A model generated the notes under the pieces. That model did not search any database. It was not told the origin of the DNA and saw only the letters and a program-made list of their open reading frames with translations. This document shows, in pieces, positions 53,444 through 64,000 of a DNA stretch of 64,000 nucleotides. Origin of the DNA: Lytechinus pictus (Eukaryota). The stretch lies in the NCBI RefSeq assembly GCF_037042905.1, contig NC_087245.1:15874001-15938000 (forward strand), read 5' to 3'. How positions within the stretch are numbered: position 1 is the stretch's first letter; the number at the start of each line of letters is the position of its first letter. The position numbers and the translations under genes are program-made.

Positions 53444-53900
53444 AACCTCGAGATTCACCAGGTAAGAAGTCATGTATTTCGTCACCCAGTATTTTATAAA
53501 TTTCATCATCAATAATACAGTTCTAATTAATTATCAGTTGCTATGGTAACCGTGCTTGTAAGTAAGACAAAATCACACACTTCACGTACACGACGTAAGT
53601 ACACTTGGAAAAATGATATGGTTTCTAGAATAATCAAATAATCAAACATATTATAATAAAAATGGCGCGAATTCTAAATAGGAGTAAAGACAATAAATTC
53701 GAAAATGATCAACCTCGAGATTCGCCAGGTAAGAAGTCATGTATTTCATTACCCAGTATTTTATAAATTTAATCATCAATAATACAGTTCTAATTAATTA
53801 TCAGTTGCTATGGTAACCGTGCTTGTAAGTTAGACAAAATCACACACTTCACGTACACGACGTAAGTACACTTGGAAAAATGATATGGTTTCCAAAATAA
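53444..53900 (+). repeat. ~267-bp tandem duplication (copy 1 = 51588-51661 + 53444-53633, split by the LINE; copy 2 = 53633-53900)
   Basis: Near-identical sequence with a few substitutions. Confidence 0.9.
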
Positions 53901-54606
53901 AAAGTCGTAAGTCTCTTCTCAGACACTGAAACGATTATTTCAAATTCATGAAATGAAAAAAAAAGATTTTCAGCAGACAAAAACGTACATTACGTGTGTG
54001 ATATCTCATTTAACAAAAAATGCAGCGAACTACAGTAATGAGAATGGAATCCGGCAATGAAGGGAATTAAATAGATACGTGAGGAGAATAGAGCGCAAAT
54101 GAGGCTATCACCGCTTGAACTTGTTTTTCAATCGGATTTTATTCAATTATGAAATTAAATTTCGCGCCGTCCACGTGTTCTAGTAGAGAGCGTTGACAGT
54201 TTGTGACCCTCGGGAGTGACGTATAACAGTAATGGGCAAAAGACTATTTGTATTTGTCGTAAAGGAACATTTTTTTAAATTTTGTCTTCATCTATATATT
54301 TGACAAAAGTATGGTGACCTATTTTTTAGACCAAAATCTATTTGATAAAACATTAGCTATACAAAAATCCATCCAATTACGTCAGTGTGCCTCAAACATT
54401 TTATCAAGTACCTTTCTAAAAGATTTAAAGATGGAAAAAATAACATTCATATTTTATTGTTCGAAATAGAAATCCTCCGAAAATCCAATGCCTGATATCT
54501 TGTAAGGATAATGGTTTTTCATCTTGCTACACCAATGAAAATAACGTTACATGTTTATATTTTATTTTACCAATATTCTGTATTCCACATCAACCCTTTT
54601 ATTACA

Positions 54607-56865
54607 CATGGGCGGAAATCCCAGGGGGACAGGTGGGACGTGCCCCTCCCCCCCTACTCAAAATAGTAGGGGGGACACAATATCAAATGTCCCCCCTACT
54701 ATTTTTTGTCTTTTATATTTTGGGACGAGTTGGGATGAGATGACCGTACTTTTGCTTGTCAAATTTTCCCGCCCCTTGTCCCAATATAGGCGGATCCAGG
54801 GGGCCGAGGCCCCCCCCCCCCTATTGGCGGAGCAAAAAAAAGAAAAAAAGGGGAAGAAAGAAGGAAAAAGGAAAAAAAGGTGGGAAAAGAGAGGAGAAAA
54901 AGAAGAGAAGGACGACGAGTGCATAAAATAAGATGAGGGGAAGACTTGGAAAATAAAAATAATCTTTCGTGCCACTATATAAAATTTTCGCTCGCATTGC
55001 CTGTTAGGTGATTTACATATCTTGTTCAATATGGAGCTCAAATATCAAGTTTGGAAGTCAATATACAAAACATATTTCACCTCGGAAATCGAACTTTCAT
55101 TATTTTGTGTGATTTACGAATTGATTTTTAAAAAGTGCTCTGTAAAAATGTCAGTTTTATGGTCTGAATAATTTTATCAACATTTGCTGCTTGCGCTGCG
55201 TGCTCGCAAATTTTGATTTATCAGGTACCTATTATTTTCGTGTATTACATAAAGTTTTCAAAATATCCCTTTTCAGGTCTGATTGTCAAGACGTATCAGC
55301 TAGCGCTGCACGCTGGCATTTTGATTGGCGAGTTATGTATGTTTAAATATTGATTATACAACAAACTACTTAAAATCCCCTTTTCATGACAGTTTATCAA
55401 AAATTTTAGCTCGCGATTTGAGCTCGCATTAATGGTTAAAAATATATTAACTGATACATCCTATTCATAATTACAAAATGAAATGTCCAGTTTTTATGCC
55501 ATAATTTCATCAGATTTCGCGCCCTCATTAGGCATTAATAAATATGATATTAAAATTAAATTGTCCCTTTAGTTTCATCTTGCGCTTAGCAGGAGGAATA
55601 GGAAGATAATCATCATTTTCATGACATGTCGTAAGGATGTCCCAGTCCTATGTCAAAACTCAAAGTAATAATAATTAAAATTTTAGCTCGTTTTTAAAGT
55701 GCGATCCATATCCATCTTACAATTTTCCTACAAAGTGCTGGAAATATAAAGCTGTAATTGACTCTTTTTTTCAGATCGGAATATCATAGTTTCATGATTT
55801 TCATGATTAAAGATGCATTTAGACTGCCTAGATTCTAGGTCTAAATATGAAACACGCGCGCGCATGATTATTGAAATACTCAACTTGTTCTCTATTTAAA
55901 TCATTATCCTTTTCAGATCACAATATCAAAATTTTTGTGCTCACATTATTAATGTAGGAAGAACCCCTATTACTCATCCTTTTCATGATTTACAAAACAT
56001 TGATTTTGATTGATTTATTTTATTTAAACACGGTAAAAAGCCCTCGATCAGCCTATGGCTGTTTACAAAACATGAACAGAGTGGCCCATTTTTAGGTCTA
56101 AATCTCGATTTTTTTTCTGCTCGCGCTTCGTGCTCGCATCAATTGTTGAATTATATAGCTATCCTGTTCATGATTACAAAAGTTGATTAAAATTTTCCAT
56201 TCTTTCTTAAGAAATTTTCAAAAATTTTCAGCTCGCGCTTCGCGCTCGCATTTTTTTATTGTTAAAATATGTAACGCCTTCACGGCTAAGTGCAAGCAGT
56301 CCTTAACAGGTACCAGTTCAAAACGTATATAAAAATTTCTGCTCGCGATTATCAATACTCATCCTTTTCATGATTTACAAAACATGAATAGAGTGTCTCG
56401 TTTAGTAAATATTAAAGGACTAAATCTCGAAATTACCTATTCTGCTTGATATACAAAAAGTGCTTAGAATTTCCATTCTTTAGGTAAAAGTGTCAAAAAA
56501 TCAGCTCGCGCTTCGCGTTTGTAGTAATTATTAAGTTGCATACACATTTTTTTCAGGATAACAAACATTGCCCAGAATGTTCAAATTTTAGGAAAAAAAT
56601 ACATAAAATTTCCAAAAAATTAGCTCGCGCTTCGCGCTCGCATCATATAAATAAGGATTATGATATTATATATGAATTTATAAGAATAAAGCTAAGAAGT
56701 GACTAATGAGGACTACCCCTTTAAAGAAACAAACACAAATCGTCTTCGAGCTGCCGATCTGGGAGAAAATGGCTGAAACAAATTTCCGCCTCCCTCCCTA
56801 TTGGCGAAGGCTGGTTCCGCCCCTGTGTCCCCCCCCCTACCTTTTGGGAGAGATTTCCGCCCCTG
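54607..56865. mobile_element. hAT-type MITE (outer) hosting a 2-kb nested element
   Basis: TIR CATGGGCGGAAATC / GATTTCCGCCCCTG. Perfect 8-bp TSD TTATTACA. Confidence 0.9.
54785..56825. mobile_element. hAT-type non-autonomous element (inner, ~2 kb) with repeated GCTCGCGCTTCGCGCTCGC motif
   Basis: Termini TATAGGCGGATCCA / TGGTTCCGCCCCTG. TSD TGTCCCAA / TGTCCCCC. Confidence 0.82.
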
Positions 56866-59800
56866 TTATTACATAATCATGAACTCCTAGTTAAATGTTT
56901 ATCAGAGCTTTGAAAATAGAATTTGTACAACAATTTTCAAATGTTGTAAATAAAGAGATTTTACCAGAATTGTGTATGTAAGAAATGATTTACCTCGTCA
57001 ATACGCTGAGGTAGAAATTGCACGGAATCGTGTTTGCTACGTATCTTCATGTTTAATTTCCCCTTAATACACAAACATTAATCTAAATGATTTTAAATGG
57101 AACGCGAGAATAGCTAGCTTGTGTATATTAGGTCAATTTCAAAAGGCAGACGTTCGAATTGTAATACGGACAATAATTAAACTGTAATACCACCGATCAG
57201 CTTTTCACCTGCCGCCAGGACGCATGTGTGAAAATATTCTCATTTACAAATGAAATAAATACCATCACTGACCGCTTTCGATATGGTATTCCTCTTAAAG
57301 ATAGGTTTTGTCTTTGGTGGATGTTTGCATGATAGAATTACGGCAGGGGTAAATTGTAACGCGTTTACAAAATAAATAATATCCTTTGGTCTACTTCCTT
57401 CGTTTCATATCGTCAATGACATCTGTTTTATTCACTTTAAACCTTAAAAATCAATATCAATTAATTCAACAAATTTATCGTAAGCCTTTTTTTTTATTAA
57501 TAAATAGATTCGGGTGAAAGTTAAGATGAATTTCGGTTCAATTAAAAAAACATATACATCTAATGTTGTTTATAACAAACTAATACATGAATAGATAGAT
57601 GAATGAATGACTGAAGAGAATGGTAAATAACTGAATAAATAAATTAAAGAATAGATAAACAAATACACAGAAAGTGAATTACGATATAGGTGAATAAATT
57701 GATACATACATTATACGTTATACCTACTCTTAAAGGGCTTTGATATTGATTTAAAAAAACGACTCAACATAACAATAAACTGACATCAGTAACAGCCATA
57801 AACAACCTTTTTCGGAGTTCTACATGCTTTGATTATGCTCGTTTTCATTAGTCTTGTTGCATGTACAACCCTTCTGATTCTAAATAAAATATTTGACAGG
57901 TCCAAGCTTTTATTTATTCACCAAAATATGCAAAATTACCAACTAGAACCCCCCCAAATACAAATTCTTACAATCGAAACTGTCGTCTTCAAAAAAAATA
58001 ATGCCTGATTGCTTAGCATCATTTACATAGAATTTGGTTATGATTTTTGGGGACATATAAAATGCATTTTATAATAATTAGAATTGCCAGGGAGCAAAGA
58101 GTTATATATTTGTATTACATTAAACGATTCCGTGTCGTATTTCAGAAATTTAAGGTGCAATGTTATTGATACAGGACTTCAGTTTTGATGTTTTTCATTG
58201 AATTTCCCAGAATCAGCAAAAAATAAATCCGTTTTTGTCACCACGATATTTTTATCGTCACCATGACAATCTGAAAATTTGGTGACATAGAACTCTAAAT
58301 GGGAACACTGATTCAATATGCTGTCCATCAATCTAGTTCCCCCAATCTCAATTCTGTTCTTTCTATTTTATAAACATAACAGATATTGTAACATACACGT
58401 CACTGGCCTCATATTAGACGGTTTACCCTTCTCAATACATTCCCTTGAGGATTGAATCCGGGGCCTTTTCAAGGGATTATTGTACTAACTAAAGAAAAGG
58501 TGGAATGTATCGAACGTTACATGTCTGATCATACCGGCCCACGCACAGATTTGGCTTCGATTGGACGTTGACCGAATAATATTGTATCGACGATGTTTTG
58601 CCCAAGGCCTATTTCTGCTGAGAGAGAGAAATAAGGGCACGGTTTTATCACATTTGGGTCATAGATTAAGTTCGAAAGTGTTTAGGCCGGCAAAGAAAGT
58701 GTCAAAATAAAGTCATATTCGGCCAAAATAGTGATAGAAAATTCTGTATATTTTTCAAACTTGATATCTTGAGATAATCAAGCCCATATTTGTTTATGTC
58801 GAAACAATATCTTCAACAAATCGAACTTAACGCTCTCTACGCTCTTTTGCGTTCGAAAAAAATCAGTTTGTTCGAAAACAAACAATCCTCAAGTGGGATG
58901 AAAGAGATAACACATACGGCATATTTTGATGGCAAATGATTACTTCGCTCCCCGGTTTAAACAGAAATGTTTAGGACGGCAAACAAAGTGCATAAATCAT
59001 ATTCGACAGAAAACAGTGATTGAAAATGTTTTTAAAAATCTTCGGCATATCATAAAAATGATACAATACTACATGATGTAGAAAGCACAATAATTCAACA
59101 AGTGAGGTTCACAAAATATAACCAAAGTAATCAAAAAACCTGTTCGGTTTAGATCCTCTTTATATAGATATTTCTAACGTGGTGAGGGAGTTCAATAAAA
59201 AAAGGTAACAAAATAACAGCAAAAGAAACCCAGAACCTTGGGAGTGTACTGACCAATATCTGTTTTATTAACAGGAATAGTAAATTCATACAGAACTGTT
59301 TTTTTAAGGTTGTACAGTAACGCTTCGGAAAGAAAACTTTAGAGACATAGCATACATGATATTTGTTGATGTATTTTAATGTGGAATTGACGTATTTTGA
59401 ATATCACATGATATTTCGTCAACTAAAAGGAGTCCGATTTGTTTCCTCGACGCACAAATAATTGGACCAGTATGACTGGTATATAAATATACAGGGTCAG
59501 AATGGACAGTAATTTCCACACCTACTCTTTCTTTCAAATTATCAGGCAGGTATGATACATGTACGACATACTCCCCGTTGTGTCCAAATCGGCACCGTGG
59601 GTACACTTTCTGCGCGAACCGCGCCCTTCCATTTCAAATCCAAAACGTATTATTGGGCATGGGAGAAATGTAGCCTTAACAATTTCAAAAGATTTGATCA
59701 AGCCTTCCAGCAATCACTAATTGTAAGTCACAAGAAAATTCGGCCACGTGTTGATATTAGAAATATAATCATCTATCGCACGACAAATATTCAAGGAATG

Positions 59801-60949
59801 AGTGTTTAAAGTAATTGAGGGAACAAGTATAATAACAACATTCTCTTTTTTTATAAAACAAAAAAAAATTAGAAAACAAACGTGCGGAATTAGAGTATGA
59901 TGTAATTTAGCGTACCTCATCTGAATATAAAGTATGCCGGATATAGGTTGATAAATAGTATGACATTCGATAATCATGATGATATTGCTGTTGACGATCG
60001 ACGTGGAATGAATCGATAATGAAACATTCATATTCATCATAGTATATTCATTGCCTATATACCTAGCCGGTATATAGAGGACAAACGCGTTGAACATGAG
60101 CAGGGTTGTGGAAGTGTACAATCAAACGGAATTATTATAATACTTCGGAGGAGTTTATATGAAATGATGAGCAAGGAAAAACTACTTGGATGAGGCAATT
60201 GATATATGAAATAGCAGTTGTTAAATGAAGGGGACAATGCCCATCTTCAGTGCTCATCAGTGCTACGTGGGTTAGCCGGTTGGTATTAATTTTCATTGTA
60301 TTCAACCTTGCCGTGGTTACTCAATTTATGATAGCTGAGAAATAACATTTCTACTTTGAAAAAATAGGAACACTAGTGTTGACAGGGGTATATATATTTT
60401 TTATTACGTTTGCCAGGTTTATTTTATATTCAAGTTATTCGTTTGTAGAGAAAATTCAAATGAAACAAAATATATAATAATCCTAACCGAATTTTCATTT
60501 TTTGGGGGGCTTTACTGTTGATTTTAAAGTGACAAGATTGACAAAAATAAACGTTATCTGTTTATTTTTTCGTGGGTTAGTAATAAAACAAAACAGACAG
60601 ATTACGATATCGCTTAATAACTTCTTAACTCGATATATTTGATAACAAGAAACTGTGCAAGCCATTATTTTTATCAAATATTTGTTAGTTGTAATAAATG
60701 GTAATATCGTTGTTACATCAATGCTAATATTAACATTCAAACAAATTAATGTAAACGAACCTGGGGTGGTGTCACTGATCTGTCAAATCGTTTGTCTTGA
60801 TGCCTTGTATTTTGCGCAGCCTTGTCAGTGATGAGCTGTTCTGTTTACCGATTACGTCTTTGAAAGAAACGCACGTGAATACAACAAGTTATTTTCATTA
60901 AATAACTTTTTTTAACTGTTTACTGTTGTTTTCTCTCCACCTCTTACAG

Positions 60950-61283
60950 TTTACAACTTGTTTTCGAACAAGTAATGAGAAATTAGACCCCTAAGTCGAA
61001 CAGGCGAGTGGGCAGAAGTTCATTGACTCTCGCAGACACTCAAACAGTCACGACAACACTGGGGTTCGATTCAAGAGTCAATCCAAGAGTCAAGCCTCAA
61101 ACACACAAAAGCCTGAGATCGACCCGTTAAAGTTTTCTCTTTACATGCTTTAGGACAATGAAAAGTGTGAGAAGAAGAGTAGCATCATATCAAGCCTGTG
61201 GAAAAACTAGGGACTTCTATACTCCGCCTCGAAAGATTCGCTGTTGTCCGATGAGTGTGTGTGGGAGTGAGTTCAATCAGTTG
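60950..61283 (+). other. Candidate exon of a plus-strand gene, possibly carrying the start codon (ATG 61158; MKSVRRRVASYQACGKTRDFYTPPRKIRCCPMSVCGSEFNQL, phase 0)
   Basis: Acceptor CTGTTGTTTTCTCTCCACCTCTTACAG| and donor TTG|GTGAGT. The frame from ACAATGA stays open to the donor. The peptide is not recognised. Confidence 0.45.
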
Positions 61284-64000
61284 GTGAGTGTGTGTATAAG
61301 ATACGGAAAGCACAGCGTCATCTGGCTTAGATGTTAACTGAGTGGTATTGTGTCACATAAGGTCAATGTACTCGAGAGAGGGCGCAAGTAAAATAAAGTG
61401 ACAAAGTGGGTTTCAGCGAACAGAGACAGCTGCGGGGCTGTGGTAGGTGCATTGGCGTTCTATTCACAGTACAGACATAATAGTATGTGGAGCGCATTTG
61501 TTTGTGTCATTTCTAGAGTGTAGTTAACTCTTTTCTCTGCCGCCAATTTGCACCAAACAATACACAAAATCATATTAATCTGACACATTAAGAGATAAAT
61601 TTTATACGAAATATCATGCCATGAAAAAAAGTTTGGAGTAACATTCATCTAACACTAAAAAATCATACCATTAATCACACAGTAGCAGTATTTTTTGGGT
61701 TGTTATCGCGCACACCACATGAAAATGTGAAAGTATGCACCTTATTTTGTGAGACTCGTTTGCATCCCTAATGTTGCAACTTGAGTTAGCACATTTGAGG
61801 GGGCACACAACAGGGTGCAATTTTTTGCTTTTCTTAAAGGGTACGATTCTCACCCTTTATAGAAATGTAACTAATTGGAGTTGCGAAAAGCTTCTTAGGG
61901 TTAAAACCTGCACCCCAAAAGAGATTTTTTTTTAAATATTATTTTTGTGGCATTTGAAGTTTGTACAATTATTAGTGAAACACTCTCGTAGTGTTTACGT
62001 GCTAACCATACATTTATGGCATTGCATTCACCATTAGCTTGACTAGAAGCAATACGCGTTGATTTTAAAATTTGGCATCCATTTTCACGTCCTTCCTTTT
62101 GTTTCAGTGATAGAGATAGCTAGGCATATGGGTGCTTTATATGATTTTATATTGTATTTCTTAAAATTTTGTTTTAAAAAGACCAACTTGCATTGATTCG
62201 GATATCTTTAAAGGCTGTTTTAGACATTAGATATTTTGTAGGTACTGATTGCCGGCGTACATACCTTTAGAAAACAGGAAAGATGTTTTATGATAAGAAT
62301 CTGCCCCCCCCCCCCCATAAAAACAAAGAAAAAAAATCAGGATATGATGCTTTGCATTGCCTGATTATAAAAAAATCACCTATTTACAACACAGTCTTGA
62401 ATTGTCAGACTAAACATAGGTGGGTTAAGAAGGCAACTCTACTTGGGTAGAGGTGATTGTCACATCTAACATGTCTAATGAATATGTATCACCTTATGGA
62501 CAGGAGCGTGGGAGAAGTATAGAGTGTTTATCCCATTGATAGAGATCCTTTAATGGCCTATGATGACATCCACTCATGGTACTCCATACATGTTGGTCTA
62601 TCGGGCGGTCACTCGGGTAGTAAAAAGAATTAGGCACACGAAGATTTGAAGCGAAATCATGTCTTCCGACATGTGTCCGACTTTGTACTCTATCAAGTCG
62701 AGCCTAGTCGCTTCCGGTATGTATTTACCATTTTCACACACAATGTGATTTATTTGGTGAATGATAAAAGAGCAATACATGTGGTCTAAATATGTCTCGC
62801 TCAAGTTAGGACAAAAGTATCATGCAGAGGATAGAATCCACAAATTTCATGTAACTATTTATGTGTCTTAGACCACGGTACCTCCACTTTGCACCCCGAT
62901 ACCATCCTCTCCTCCGTTTCGCTCCGTCCGACCGTCCATCCGCCCCCCCCCGTCCCTCTCTTCCTCCTTCCTCTCTTTATTTCCTTTTGTGTCTCCGTTA
63001 TATGTTTGGCCCTTCCCACTTCCATGGTTTAGCTAAGGATAAGACAACAAGCAGTAATCATAAATTGCCTTGTGGTTTTGTCCAAACGATCGACTAGAGT
63101 TGCGCCCTCTACGTTGTATCTGTGGATGATCTTCGGTGATTGAACCTGTTTGTAATCTGAGCGGTCATCTTGAAACGCGAAGAACACTCCGTTATCAACT
63201 TGGCGTATCACTTGAAATCAAGAAGTTCCCTTTGACCAATAATGGTGTGGCAAAGTAGTTACGGGTGAAAGAGCTTGATAAAGATTTAAATTTTCAAGAG
63301 GCAGAAGCTTCAATGATTCCATGATTTTGTGTAAATAGACTTCATTCTTGTGAACATCCTCAATACAATTTAACAGTGGTCATGTGAGAAGGAGTGGTGT
63401 GCAATCTGTCTTATTTCAGTTTTTTTTAATTTGTATTGTGGCCACCTTCTAATTTCCCTTTTAATATTTAATGTTTAGTCCCCATCGCTATTATTCTGAA
63501 GAGCCTAACATTACTTTCATGTTATGTTGCCTCAGGTTTTATCATGGCCAACAATTTCCTATTTTTTATATTTTCATTTTTGGTGAGGGGATGGTGTCTG
63601 AATTTTTTTACGAATGTGAACCTTTTCGTCTTGAAATTCCTGGCGCAATATCTTTGAATTCTCTTAATCAGGTTAGTTGCTCTTAGTATCATTATTATGG
63701 TTCACCACTTCTTCCATCACTATACCCTTTCGCAATATTCAATAATGAACATCGGCGTAATCGCCACCTCATATCATTGCAGTATTATAGTTTAATTATC
63801 ATGTACCTGATGATGCCACTATTATTTTTATACGAAACGGAATAAAATCAAAATAGATTGAATTTGATCATTGTTTTGATGATGAACACGATCACCATCG
63901 TTTTCATTGTCAATCGCATCATTATCACATAATCATTACCATCAACATCATCAATAGCATCAACACTATAAGTAAGAGTGTTCACACTCACCGTACGAGG

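Overview
This is AT-rich eukaryotic (animal) DNA that is almost entirely non-coding. The poly-G/C hAT-type MITEs, Kolobok/Harbinger-like non-autonomous elements and tRNA-derived SINEs resemble a sea-urchin/echinoderm repeat landscape; the taxon is my inference. The only clear protein-coding stretch is a 5'-truncated CR1/L2-group LINE reverse transcriptase (51617-52795), fused in frame to an ATG from flanking DNA. Splice signals suggest non-coding exons of a minus-strand gene (28447-~28790, 20680-20786, 2098-~2280) and a plus-strand exon at 60950-61283, so the window may be a long divergent upstream region. The most unusual structures are: (i) a 3.5-kb nest of one Harbinger-like MITE inserted into itself, with a composite derivative present twice as a ~1.17-kb inverted repeat; (ii) a Helentron-associated (DINE-1/HINE-like) element whose ~156-bp repeats each carry DR5+DR1 nuclear-receptor-type half-site arrays, and which is duplicated together with its flank; (iii) several templated insertions and microhomology duplications. 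I saw no bacterial genes, CRISPR arrays, rRNAs or intact tRNAs. All coordinates were read by eye.
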